A stretch of DNA of 62,772 bases, counting the filler, from Candidatus Fermentibacterota bacterium (GTDB taxonomy: Bacteria > JAFGKV01): the NCBI GenBank assembly GCA_016928395.1. It is 6 parts of 5 records of this genome, joined end to end, with 100 filler letters (N's around TTAATTAATTAA, not from the genome) between each part and the next. Parts side by side here need not be neighbours in the genome. Positions count along the whole stretch, not along the records: positions 54,122 to 62,772 come from JAFGKV010000241.1; 5 more parts are not named here. One strand, 5' to 3'. How positions within the stretch are numbered: the first letter of the stretch is position 1; the number at the start of each line of letters is the position of its first letter. The position numbers were made by a program, and so were the translations under genes. The notes under the pieces are model-generated. The model was not told where the DNA came from. It made no database searches and saw nothing but the letters and a program-made list of their open reading frames with translations. Positions 54,022 to 62,772 of the stretch are shown here, one piece after another.

Positions 54022-54121
54022 NNNNNNNNNNNNNNNNNNNNNNNNNNNNNNNNNNNNNNNNNNNNTTAATTAATTAANNNNNNNNNNNNNNNNNNNNNNN
54101 NNNNNNNNNNNNNNNNNNNNN
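54022..54121. other. Artificial contig spacer
   Basis: N-run with TTAATTAATTAA core. Confidence 0.99.
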
Positions 54122-54337
54122 AGTCGCCGCTGTAGAACAGACACGTATCCGGCCCCAGCATTTCCGGCTCTGCCTCGCACCAGAACAACGTGTCATACCG
54201 CGCCACCGCTATGCTATCGCCCCACGCCCACACCGAACTGTCCGGCGGCCAGCTCCACTCCACCCGCGTGCTGCACAAGTCACACGGAATGCCTGGCTGC
54301 TCTTCTTCGCCGAGCCTCCGATCCGCGCCTTTTGGCT
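54122..54337 (-). pseudogene. Orphan cassette fragment resembling the N-terminus of the 58051-60096 toxin ORF
   Basis: ...CDLCSTRVEWSWPPDSSVWAWGDSIAVARYDTLFW...GPDTCLF versus VGAWGERVPYVRIDSIW...GPDTYWF; runs off the contig. Confidence 0.5.
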
Positions 54338-54398
54338 ACTATTCTCACCTTAGAATAGTCGTCAAGATGGCCGCAGAAGTGGCTGCTTCGGTTTCGCC
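54223..54398. repeat. About 175-bp direct repeat, copy A (contains palindrome copy 3 at 54338-54359)
   Basis: First 54 bp match 57057-57110 with 1 mismatch; similarity continues through ACTATTCT CACCTT AGAATAGT. Confidence 0.85.
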
Positions 54399-54480
54399 GG
54401 CCTAGTTTGAACAGGCCATGGTTGAGATGGCGCGTGATCCTCAGATCCGGGCCGCATGCGCCGAAATCGGGACGCGGGCT

Positions 54481-54696
54481 TCACGCGGGGATCGCGATAT
54501 ACTCCGCAGTTGAATGGGTCTGAGGCACCGGCAGTCTATCTTCGAGCAAGCCGCGCACATGCATGTCGATTGCTTCATGCATCCTGCGCGCTGTTTGGTC
54601 GCGAGTTCTGCCAGTTGCCACACACCCAGGCAGATCGGGCGAGTACGCAGAGTAGTTCCCCTCCGTCTTCTCGATTACGATCAGGAAGCGGTGCAT
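54481..54696 (-). CDS. hicB: HicB-family antitoxin
   Basis: FLIVIEKTEGNYSAYSPDLPGCVATGRT...MHEAIDMHVRGL. Confidence 0.92.
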   Translation of the reverse strand: MHRFLIVIEKTEGNYSAYSPDLPGCVATGRTRDQTARRMHEAIDMHVRGLLEDRLPVPQTHSTAEYIAIPA

Positions 54697-54698
54697 CG

Positions 54699-54908
54699 TC
54701 AACCATCCTGCTCAGGTCTGGGTCTAGCCAACTGAGCTTGCTTCAATACGCTACCGAGCGTGCCCGGCGCTAGATCGTCTCCAGGATGACCGGCAATCGT
54801 GACACGACCGGGTTTGTTTGCATGCTTGAACTGCCGGTGGCTACCCTTGGTCACGACGAGGTACCAACCGTCTCCCTCAATCAGTTTGATCACGTCCCGG
54901 ACCTTCAT
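54699..54908 (-). CDS. hicA: HicA-family toxin (intact)
   Basis: MKVRDVIKLIEGDGWY...KGSHRQFKH...GRVTIAGHPGDDLAPGTLGSVLKQA. Confidence 0.92.
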   Translation of the reverse strand: MKVRDVIKLIEGDGWYLVVTKGSHRQFKHANKPGRVTIAGHPGDDLAPGTLGSVLKQAQLARPRPEQDG

Positions 54909-55234
54909 CTTCGTTCGCCTTAGCGGCAAAGGCCTGGTGGTATCCGTCGCGGTGTCGCGCCTCGTGCAGCGTCAAGGAAAAGCAGACTGAGAGCATATTG
55001 TGCCTGAGGGCCTCCAGATGCAAGCCCACACGGCGCACCAGCCGCATCCTCCGTTGGCATACCCAGTCACCGCGCACCACGGCCATGCTTCTTTGAGTCA
55101 ACGTGCGCGCCGGGGAGAGAGCATGAACGTCGATGAGATCCGGACCTGTCAGGTTCAGCTGATAAGCGAGGGAGTCTCGTGGTACGTACCGTCACGCGCT
55201 CATCCATCGCCTGATGTGGCCGGCGCCAGGAATG

Positions 55235-55500
55235 GGGAGGCGCCTTGGCCTTGTACCCTCCCTCCACATGATCCCGAATCTGGTCCTCCGCCCACGACGG
55301 TAAGTCCATCAGCGCCAACTGCTCCTCCAGGTTCCCCTCGTCTATGTCATACACCCCCTTCCCCTGCGCAACCGCCAACTCCAGCACCTTCACCGTGCTC
55401 ACCTTGTACTTGGCCGTAAACACCTCATGCTCCCCCCACGCAACAGTCCACGCCAGCGTCGTGGCACCCCCGCGTATGCCCCAAGTCCCCTCCGGTGCGG
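55235..55500 (-). pseudogene. Fragment of a large secreted/polymorphic-toxin-type protein
   Basis: EHEVF...VSTVKVLELAVAQGKGVYDIDEGNLEEQL...IRDHVEGG resembles (from memory) a conserved module of large transglutaminase/Rhs-like proteins; it begins at an AWG motif like the other cassettes. Confidence 0.4.
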
Positions 55501-55528
55501 CGAGGCTCGCCACATCAGAATGCTTCTC

Positions 55529-55557
55529 TTGACATCAGGGGCCTAACCGGCAACATT
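55529..55557 (+). promoter_or_regulatory. Sigma70-like promoter for the AAA ATPase gene
   Basis: TTGACA - 17 bp - AACATT, about 50 bp before AGGAGA/GTG 55609. Confidence 0.45.
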
Positions 55558-55608
55558 CTTTTCCAGTTTTGCCTCGAAGCGGTAACATGCGTGACCAGGA
55601 GAGCGCCA

Positions 55609-56922
55609 GTGCTGGCAACCATCAAGTCCATCATCCTGGACTTCCAGGAGACCCGCCCCGAGACCGGCGTGCCACGCCGCCTCCAGATCGAGACGGTCCG
55701 CGGAAAGGCTGCCGTCCTCATCGGCGTTCGCCGCGGCGGCAAGTCGACATACCTGTTCCAGGTGATGCAACGGTTGTTGAAGCGCGGGGTCCCTCGACAG
55801 AACATCCTCTATCTGAACTTCTTCGACGACCGGCTCCACAACGTGCGAGCGCACAACCTCGGTCTCATTGCCGATGCCTACTTCTCCATCTATCCGATGA
55901 AGAAGAACGCCGAGACCGTCTACTGCTTCTTCGATGAGATTCAAACGGTCCCCGGCTGGGAGCCCTTTGTCGACCGTCTGATGCGCACCGAGAAATGCGA
56001 AGTGTATCTCACGGGCTCGTCAGCCAGGATGCTCTCCAAGGAGATTGCGACGCAGATGCGCGGGCGGGCGCTCTCGTGGGAAGTATTCCCGTTCTCCTTC
56101 CACGAGTTCCTGGACTACAGAGAAATCGAAGGTGATGGCGCACTCTCGACGAAACGACAACTCCTCGTCCGGAACGCGTTCGAGGAGTACTGGGAGACCG
56201 GAGGATTTCCCGAGGTTGCGGGCATGAGCCGCGTCGTAAGGATCAAGATCCACCAAGAGTACTTCCACACCATCCTATTCCGTGACCTGATCGAGCGCCA
56301 CGACATCTCCCACCCGAGGGCACTCACCGACCTGGCCCATCGCCTGGTGGACAACACCGCGTCGCTTTACTCCGTCAACAGCCTGACGGGGTACCTGAAG
56401 TCGCGTGGCCACAAGGTTCCCAAGTCCGCGGTGTCAGACTACCTTGAGTGGTTCGAGGATGCGTACTTCCTGTTCACCGTCCGGATCTTCGACGCGTCAC
56501 TGGCGCGCAGACATACCAACCCGAAACGGATCTACTGCATCGATCACGCGATGGTCTCCTCGGTGTCATCGGGAATCCTGGTCAACTCCGGGCATCTCCT
56601 GGAGAATCTCGTGTTCACGGCGCTTCGACGTCTTCACCCAGAGATCTACTACTACAAGACCCGGACAGGACGAGAGGTGGATTTCGTAATCCCAGTACGG
56701 GGCCAGCCGAAGATGCTGGTGCAGGCATGTGAGTCCATTGCGGAGCCGCGGACGCGGAAACGGGAGATGGCGGCCTTGAATGAGTCGATGGCCGAGCTGA
56801 ACCTGGCGACAGGGACCATCGTGACCCGGAACGAAGACGAACGAATCGATGTGGAAGCGGGGACCATTGAGGTGATTCCGGCCTGGCGATTCCTCCTGTC
56901 CCTCCCCGAATCTCCTGTCTGA
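55609..56922 (+). CDS. AAA+ ATPase with DUF4143 (AAA_14 family)
   Basis: GVRRGGKST, FFDEIQ, LTGSS, MRGR, FPFSFHE, GGFPE, YCID, LENLV, YYYKTRTGREVDF. Confidence 0.9.
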   Translation: MLATIKSIILDFQETRPETGVPRRLQIETVRGKAAVLIGVRRGGKSTYLFQVMQRLLKRGVPRQNILYLNFFDDRLHNVRAHNLGLIADAYFSIYPMKKNAETVYCFFDEIQTVPGWEPFVDRLMRTEKCEVYLTGSSARMLSKEIATQMRGRALSWEVFPFSFHEFLDYREIEGDGALSTKRQLLVRNAFEEYWETGGFPEVAGMSRVVRIKIHQEYFHTILFRDLIERHDISHPRALTDLAHRLVDNTASLYSVNSLTGYLKSRGHKVPKSAVSDYLEWFEDAYFLFTVRIFDASLARRHTNPKRIYCIDHAMVSSVSSGILVNSGHLLENLVFTALRRLHPEIYYYKTRTGREVDFVIPVRGQPKMLVQACESIAEPRTRKREMAALNESMAELNLATGTIVTRNEDERIDVEAGTIEVIPAWRFLLSLPESPV

Positions 56923-57056
56923 ATCGGCAGGCATCACGGTTCGGGGCAGGGGAACGTTGGCAGTGTGCCGCGTGACCGCACCTCTGTGAACGTGAATCGT
57001 CCAGCTCGCTCCACTTCCTCCTCCCGCCGCGCAGCCAGGCTCGCCGCCTGCCGCGT

Positions 57057-57230
57057 CACGCCCACACCGAACTGTCCGGCGGCCAGCTCCACTCCACCCG
57101 TGTGCTGCACCCATCGCACAGAATGCCTGTGCGCCCCGCCGCTGGTCCTCCGTTCAGCGCTCGTGTGGCACTATTCTCACTATAGAATAGTGGCCAAGAG
57201 GGCTGCATAACTATCTGTTCCGGCTTCGCC
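57057..57230. repeat. About 175-bp direct repeat, copy B (contains palindrome copy 4 at 57168-57192)
   Basis: Matches 54223-54398; GCACTATTCT CACTAT AGAATAGTG. Confidence 0.85.
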
Positions 57231-57493
57231 AGTCTATCGGGAGAGCCTGGGCCCGACTGGAAGAGTGTCACGAGAAAAGAAAAGGCCTTGGCGACCGGCC
57301 CAAGCAGCTGGGATCGAAGGTCCCCCCCTGTGCACGCAGTGGCTCCGCTCTATCAGCCCACTTCACATGCCTCTGTCGCCTTCTGGACGCCATCCCACGC
57401 TGTCTACTCCAAGATCCTGGACATCCGCGCACAGTGGCTTCCGTGAAAGAGCGATCTCTCCTTGTCTGAGCTTGGCGCCAAATCCCCGTGTGC

Positions 57494-58042
57494 TCAGGGA
57501 GTTGGGGGCTGCGGGGAAAGCTCAGCAGGCGTTGAAGGAGCGAATGATTCTGCCTTGACCCACTTCATCTTCCTACCATCCCTGACGAGATCCGAGCCCG
57601 CCGTCAATTCGACCAGGCCCGGGCTGTAGCGGTACTTCCGGACTGAACGCCATCCTCCCTGGCCGGGGTGTCGCCATCTTACGATGATCTCGGCTTCCTC
57701 AGCAGCCGGCAGCACGTCGACTCCTTCCAAGGTCGGGGTTACGCCCTTCACAGACGCATCCGCGTCGCTTAGCAGACGAAGTGTGCCCTCAGAAGCAACC
57801 TCGGCGAACTCTATCAAGGTGCCCTCGTTTCCGGCATGCCTGTAGATGAGGACGTGGAGGTCCGGGAGGTTTGCGATACACAGGACGTCCTCTTCGGAAA
57901 ACGTGTAGGTGCCTTCCCACGTACGATGGGCTCTGGCCGAGAGGCCTGCTCGGTCGATAACCACTGCTGTGTCCACGCCGTGGACCCCAACAGACATAAC
58001 AAGAAGGCACCCAACTGCGATAGAGAATGAGCGAGTATCCAT
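57494..58042 (-). CDS. Small exported protein, candidate immunity protein
   Basis: Signal-peptide-like MDTRSFSIAVGCLLVMSVGVHG; GAGGA RBS; starts 8 nt after the toxin-like ORF stop. Confidence 0.55.
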   Translation of the reverse strand: MDTRSFSIAVGCLLVMSVGVHGVDTAVVIDRAGLSARAHRTWEGTYTFSEEDVLCIANLPDLHVLIYRHAGNEGTLIEFAEVASEGTLRLLSDADASVKGVTPTLEGVDVLPAAEEAEIIVRWRHPGQGGWRSVRKYRYSPGLVELTAGSDLVRDGRKMKWVKAESFAPSTPAELSPQPPTP

Positions 58043-58050
58043 CGTTCCTC

Positions 58051-60096
58051 CTATTCGACCTCACCGCAAACATCGTCGACGTAGTCGCGATACGGTGCGC
58101 CTCTGATCTCCCAACTGCCCGACCTTGTGGGTGTCTTGTTCATCCAGTAGATCACCCATCGATGCGCCCCGTTGTAACGCTGGATAGCACAGGCGTCGAT
58201 AGGTGTCCGATCAGTGCCCTTCTGGAAGTTAATCCCATTGAAGGAGAACACGTAGTTCTCCAGTGGCATGGTCGGCTCCTCTTCCTGCTGCTGGCTTTCC
58301 TGTGAGGCGATCCAAGATTCTGCTTCGGTTCTGCACGGATTGGCGAGTCTTGACTTGCCTCCTGAGATATTCGCTCTCCAGTCCCAAAGCTGCTGGGCAC
58401 TCGGGTTCGGGTCATCGAGTTGCATTATGCCCCACCCATTCGGTCCCCCGAAGTTGGGACATCCCCGGTAGTCGCTCCAATCAGCGCCCCACGGACCGGC
58501 CTCATTGAATTGGGCATAGTACCTCCCTTGCTCTTGTCTATGACTCTCGAACCTCGCGATGGCCACGACATACCAAGGATCTGTCCCGAGTTCGATTTCC
58601 ACATCGCTCTCAGAAGGGTTTTCTCCTCTGATATGGAAGACATGGTTCTGATACACCGTTGCGCCCGCGACACTCCATCTCAGCGTGGCCTTTCCGCCTC
58701 GGCGGTCCTCGCCAAATGCGTCTCTTATCGCCCACTGCTCGGCCGCGCTCGACCACTCAGTATAGATGTCATAGTCCTGCCGGTTGCTTCGACCATACTC
58801 GATGACAATGTCCCAATGTACGAAGCCCTGAAGTTGAGGGGGGCGCACCTGAGCCCGCAGGTTCGGCATCTCATTGTCGGTGATAAACGCGAATTCATCC
58901 CCCAGGATCTCTTGGACCGGGATCAGGTCCGGGTAGACCACGGTGAACTGCGCTCGGTCAAGCTCCAACTCCCACGACAGACCGTCTGAGAGCACGACAG
59001 TGAGTGGTGCGTCGTGCGTCGCCATGCTCCGCTCGCATCCCTCGACCCATAGGTCTCCGAAGTCTGCTTGCGTCTCCTCCAACAGGAAGGACCAGTCCTC
59101 ACTCAGTGAGAACCAGCATTCACTGGTTGCGCTGGGGTCAACCATGAGGTTCTCCCTACCACCGGTGCAACCTCTCCACACTCGGAGTCTGTTACTCTCC
59201 GTGCGCAGCCCAAGTCGAAAGCCCTCACTGGCGAACCAGTCCGTCCACGGCTCCAAGCGGATCTCAATCCTGACCAAGTCATTGTCCGTGAACTGCTCTT
59301 CCAGCAGTCCCTCAGAGTCAGGGGCGTACTGATTCCCGTTGTCGTGGTCTGAATTCCAGGGTACGTACACCCCCTTGCCGGGGAGTTGCTCCTCCGCCTC
59401 CGGCACTGCATTCCCATTCGGCAGGTAGACCACCAGCCCGATACCTGCAGCCAACTCCTCGACGCTCCCTCTTGCTTCCACTGGTTGCCTCGTCTCCCCT
59501 CGTTCCCATTTCATCGTGACTCGGCTGGTGTACGGGTTATGCGCAGGGTCCAGCCAGTTCTCGTCGTCGTCTTTCTGTTCCCACTCCAGGGTGTAGCGGT
59601 TGTCGGAGAAGGGCAGATCCCCAAGCGTGAACTCCTCCTCGCTCTTCACCACCACCTCATCCCCGCTCTCCGGCCCGTAGCTCACGGAATGCCAATACGT
59701 CACCCCGGCCGCTGCGGGGCTCCCCACGAACGACACCTCGGACGACCCCTCGTCCGGCAATACCCGAAACACTGTCTTCACCGGCGTCTGGGCCTCGTCA
59801 TCCTCATCCACCGGCACATCCAGGATCCGATCCGACTGCTCCTCATCCACCTCCACCTTCACCACCCAGATGCTCAGCGAGTCGTTGCTCAGATACCACA
59901 GGGGGTCATTGCTCGATCCAGGCGGATATGGGCCGTACACCTCAGGTCGGAACGTGTAGAAGTCCGGATCGTATTGTTGCGTCTCGAACCAGTACGTGTC
60001 CGGTCCCACCACAAACGAATCCCGTACCCCGTCCACCATCTCCCAGATGCTGTCGATCCGCACATACGGCACCCGCTCCCCCCACGCCCCTACCAA
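58051..60096 (-). CDS. 5'-incomplete acidic protein with C-terminal lysozyme-like/transglycosylase domain (candidate toxin cassette)
   Basis: AIARFES (catalytic Glu), GWGIMQL, LWDWRANI, RYNG, YVDDV; NSDHDNGN...DNDLVRIEI acidic Ig-like region; no RBS or signal peptide, and an in-frame TGA at 60124-60126. Confidence 0.65.
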   Translation of the reverse strand: MVGAWGERVPYVRIDSIWEMVDGVRDSFVVGPDTYWFETQQYDPDFYTFRPEVYGPYPPGSSNDPLWYLSNDSLSIWVVKVEVDEEQSDRILDVPVDEDDEAQTPVKTVFRVLPDEGSSEVSFVGSPAAAGVTYWHSVSYGPESGDEVVVKSEEEFTLGDLPFSDNRYTLEWEQKDDDENWLDPAHNPYTSRVTMKWERGETRQPVEARGSVEELAAGIGLVVYLPNGNAVPEAEEQLPGKGVYVPWNSDHDNGNQYAPDSEGLLEEQFTDNDLVRIEIRLEPWTDWFASEGFRLGLRTESNRLRVWRGCTGGRENLMVDPSATSECWFSLSEDWSFLLEETQADFGDLWVEGCERSMATHDAPLTVVLSDGLSWELELDRAQFTVVYPDLIPVQEILGDEFAFITDNEMPNLRAQVRPPQLQGFVHWDIVIEYGRSNRQDYDIYTEWSSAAEQWAIRDAFGEDRRGGKATLRWSVAGATVYQNHVFHIRGENPSESDVEIELGTDPWYVVAIARFESHRQEQGRYYAQFNEAGPWGADWSDYRGCPNFGGPNGWGIMQLDDPNPSAQQLWDWRANISGGKSRLANPCRTEAESWIASQESQQQEEEPTMPLENYVFSFNGINFQKGTDRTPIDACAIQRYNGAHRWVIYWMNKTPTRSGSWEIRGAPYRDYVDDVCGEVE

Positions 60097-60222
60097 CGAG
60101 TGCGAACAGGTCGTGACTGGATATCAACAGAAGGGGTAACTACTCAGGAGGCATCCTCCCGGGCCGGGATGCCTCCTGAGGGAAGTGGGCGAGTGGATGT
60201 GGCGCTGCTGGCTGGATGACGA

Positions 60223-61728
60223 CTACGTGGTGTTGACGGCCGGGACGAAGGGGTTGCCCAGGAAGACTCGGCACAAGGCTTCCAGGGCGTTGAGGCCGTT
60301 CTTCCGCGCCGTCGAGACGTAGCCGCGGATACGGCAGAAGTCCACGAGGGCGTCAAAGCTTCGGAAGGTGCCGGAGATCTTCTGCCGCAGCTTCATCATC
60401 CGCAGATCGCGCTCCGAGAGGTTGTTGTCGAACGGGACCGAGAAGTCGCGCATGAAGGCGAGGATGCCGTCGGGGTGGTTCCGGAATCGGTCGAGCAGGT
60501 TGCGGGCTTTGCTCTGCTTGCGGCGTCCCCGGCGCGTGGGGCCAGCCGACGGTTCCATGAGCGGATTCTGCGCGTAGCCGGCTTCCACGATCTGCTGATA
60601 TCGCTTGAGGAACCAGTCGAGATCCTCAACCGGCAGGGCGGCGAGGCCCGCGTCGCGGGCGGTATCGGCCGCCGTCTTGATCGCCAGCAGATGGTCGATC
60701 ATGGTTTTGGCCCACGCCTGGCCTTGCTCCTCCCACAGGAAGATGAGTTCGCGCAGGAGGTGCGCGTTGCAGAAGGCGTGGTCGCAGTCGTACTTCAGGT
60801 AAGAGTCCCAGAAGTCGTGGACGGCGCGGCCCCGGAAATAGGGCAGGATGCCGGCGGCGTTCATGGCTTCGCACCCGCGCCGCGTGTGCGCGAAGTACCA
60901 GGTCAACCAGTGGGTCGAGACGGTGTGCAGCCAGTGCAGGCTGCCGGTAGCGCGCACGCCGGTCTCGTCAAAGCCTGCCACGTCGGCGGTGGCTGCCTGT
61001 GCGCGGATGAGTTCGTCGACCGGCTGCAGCCGCCGGGAGCACGCGGCGGAGAGGTTGGCCAGCGTTCCTTCACTGAACGTGGCGCAGGCAAAGAGGTCGC
61101 GCATGATCTCGGTCAGCCGATCGAAGGGCAGCAACTGGTACTCCTTGAGATAGACGGCCACGCTTTTGACGCGAAGGCCGTACTGCACGGGGGCCGCGGC
61201 CTCCGGCGGAAACGCGGCGCGGTTGACGCAGCCGCAGGTGCAGGTCTTGACTTCGGCCTGGTGCTCGGTGACCTCCAGCTTCGGCTCGGGCAGATCGAAG
61301 ACCTGTCGGCGTTCGACGCGGTCCGGGGCCTGTTGCGTCAAAGAGCGGCCACACCCCACGCAGCGTTCGACCGGGTGGCGCACCGTGCGATCCGGCTTTG
61401 CCACCATGCGCAGGGTCCGGCCCGGATGGCCGGGCTGGCCGCCGGTGGGCCGCTCGCTGGGCGGGCGCAGGCTCTTGGGCTTGGGTGTGCTTAGACCGTC
61501 GGAGGACGGCGGCTTACTGCTGTTGTGGGAGTCCTTCGCCACCTGCTCTTCCAACTGCCGCACCCGCCGTTCGCTGGCCTCGAGGCGTATCGTCAGATCC
61601 GGCACCTGCCGCTCCAGGGCGTGGATAGCACCAGCGGCGTCATGGAGTCGCGCGTCCATCTCCACTAGTACGCGCACGACGGTTTCCTCGCCGGCGCGAT
61701 AGATCGCCCGAGCCTCTTCCCGTGTCAT
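60223..61728 (-). CDS. IS66-family transposase (TnpC-type)
   Basis: NSSKPPSSD, GGQPGHPG, CVGCG...CTCG zinc finger, DETG, VHD, CNAHLLREL, FDNNLSERDLR. Confidence 0.93.
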   Translation of the reverse strand: MTREEARAIYRAGEETVVRVLVEMDARLHDAAGAIHALERQVPDLTIRLEASERRVRQLEEQVAKDSHNSSKPPSSDGLSTPKPKSLRPPSERPTGGQPGHPGRTLRMVAKPDRTVRHPVERCVGCGRSLTQQAPDRVERRQVFDLPEPKLEVTEHQAEVKTCTCGCVNRAAFPPEAAAPVQYGLRVKSVAVYLKEYQLLPFDRLTEIMRDLFACATFSEGTLANLSAACSRRLQPVDELIRAQAATADVAGFDETGVRATGSLHWLHTVSTHWLTWYFAHTRRGCEAMNAAGILPYFRGRAVHDFWDSYLKYDCDHAFCNAHLLRELIFLWEEQGQAWAKTMIDHLLAIKTAADTARDAGLAALPVEDLDWFLKRYQQIVEAGYAQNPLMEPSAGPTRRGRRKQSKARNLLDRFRNHPDGILAFMRDFSVPFDNNLSERDLRMMKLRQKISGTFRSFDALVDFCRIRGYVSTARKNGLNALEALCRVFLGNPFVPAVNTT

Positions 61729-62639
61729 CACCTGTCCGCCCTTCCTTCGGTTCGGGAGCAGGCGAATGCACACAACTCCCGCCGGAAGTCCGTGACGAGT
61801 GGGTACAGATACACGTCCTTGACCGCGGCGCGGATGCGATGCTCGCGGTCATTCCGGGTCCGGCCCTGTGTCGCGCCCAGCCGCAGCCAGTTGGCCGCCC
61901 GGTAGCAGGTTCCCTTGAAACGGTCGCGGTCCACGAACGTCTCCACCGCATGCACAGGATGCCCATACTTGGCCTGCCAGTCGGCGCGAATACGGCGGGC
62001 GATCAAGCCCAGCACATGACTCGCCAGATGCGGAACCTCAACCCACGGCAGGATCAGAAAGCGCGTGTTGTTGGTCAGCCCCTGCAGGTTGCGCGCCCGC
62101 GTGGCGCGATCCCACCCCAGGAAGGCGTCGCGTGGTGCGCACTTCCACGCCGCCGACCCGAACAGCAGAGAGGCCACCGGCTGGCCCAGGCGGTCACGCA
62201 CCAGATACCGGAGGTTCTCACCCACCGTGTTGCGGTGACCAAGGTAGTGGTAACGAGCCAGCAGACTGTTGAACAGCCGCAGGTCTTCCGAGCCGGGCGC
62301 GACGACGCTCACGGCCAGCGGCCGCACGTCGCGCAACGCGCGGCGAATCGGCTCGGTCGCATGCGCCACGACCGGCACGCGGCGATTGCGGAACCCGTTA
62401 GGTGAGGGGCTGCGACGCTTCGGCAGGTGGATGTGGCCGGATCGTTCCAGCTTCAGCAGCAGCGTGCGCGCCGCCATATCCTTGAGGCGGCCGTGTGCAG
62501 TCCGCCACTCCCAGAGACGACACAGCTCCTGGCTCAGTCGGCTTCTGCCCCACTCAGGATGTGCGGCCAGCAGATGCCGGATCTGATCGATCTCCTGGCC
62601 GCACAGATGGCGGCCTTGTAGCACCAGAGTAGAAGTCAT
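61728..62639 (-). CDS. DUF4338 (DruA-like) domain protein
   Basis: YHYLG, LRYLV, SAAWKCAPRDAFLGW, NNTRFLILPWV, DWQAKYG, ETFVD, GTCYRAANW; TGATG overlap with the transposase. Confidence 0.85.
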   Translation of the reverse strand: MTSTLVLQGRHLCGQEIDQIRHLLAAHPEWGRSRLSQELCRLWEWRTAHGRLKDMAARTLLLKLERSGHIHLPKRRSPSPNGFRNRRVPVVAHATEPIRRALRDVRPLAVSVVAPGSEDLRLFNSLLARYHYLGHRNTVGENLRYLVRDRLGQPVASLLFGSAAWKCAPRDAFLGWDRATRARNLQGLTNNTRFLILPWVEVPHLASHVLGLIARRIRADWQAKYGHPVHAVETFVDRDRFKGTCYRAANWLRLGATQGRTRNDREHRIRAAVKDVYLYPLVTDFRRELCAFACSRTEGRADR

Positions 62640-62772
62640 GGGAGACAAGGTAGGGCGTGGGAGGCGATGAGTCCAGCCCAAAACGCACCTCCGCTTTCGC
62701 ACCACCTGCCAATGCGATACTCCCCTCCGCCTACCTCCCCCTCATCAGCTTGTGCCTACCTGAGTAGTTACC

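Larger units (their letters stand above)
60136..62771 (-). mobile_element. IS66-family insertion sequence (2636 bp) with DUF4338 passenger
   Basis: Terminal inverted repeats GTAACTACTCAGG (60136-60148) and CCTGAGTAGTTAC (62759-62771) enclose two overlapping ORFs. Confidence 0.9.

Noticed and set aside
60097-60135. Toxin-like ORF simply interrupted in-frame by the IS66 element
   Set aside because: An in-frame TGA (60124-60126) lies between the IS end and the ORF, so the 5' truncation is not explained by the insertion alone.

Overview
This window is not one continuous locus. It is six contigs of a GC-rich bacterial genome (probably a MAG) joined by 100-bp N/TTAATTAATTAA spacers: 1-22646, 22747-27807, 27908-39614, 39715-48347, 48448-54021 and 54122-62772. 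BamA, LolD, PorV-like barrels, a FlgD-Ig C-terminal domain and McsAB suggest a diderm FCB-group candidate phylum (inference). Contigs 1-3 are mostly core genes: PPIase, Lhr, TatA, GH13, GDH with two dikinase-like genes, sugar-nucleotide enzymes and lolD-mcsA-mcsB-clpC-bamA. The standout is contig 4, a tightly packed four-gene operon carrying five DnaA-type AAA+ (domain III) modules in graded states of catalytic decay. None shows DnaA domain I or the DnaA-box-binding domain IV in the sequenced part. Three are fused to PilB/GspE-type N-terminal MshEN (c-di-GMP-binding-like) domains, and two genes carry DUF4398-like helical repeats. Contigs 5-6 are accessory DNA. They hold HicAB modules (one toxin inactivated), a lysozyme-like toxin/immunity pair with orphan toxin-cassette remnants, four copies of a CTATTCT-N6-AGAATAG recombination-site-like palindrome, and a complete IS66-family element carrying a DUF4338 (DruA-like) passenger. 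A 620-codon ORF missed by the ORF track (1-1860, minus strand) encodes a sensor-kinase-like protein lacking the phospho-acceptor His. All domain calls are by motif recognition; no database searches were run.
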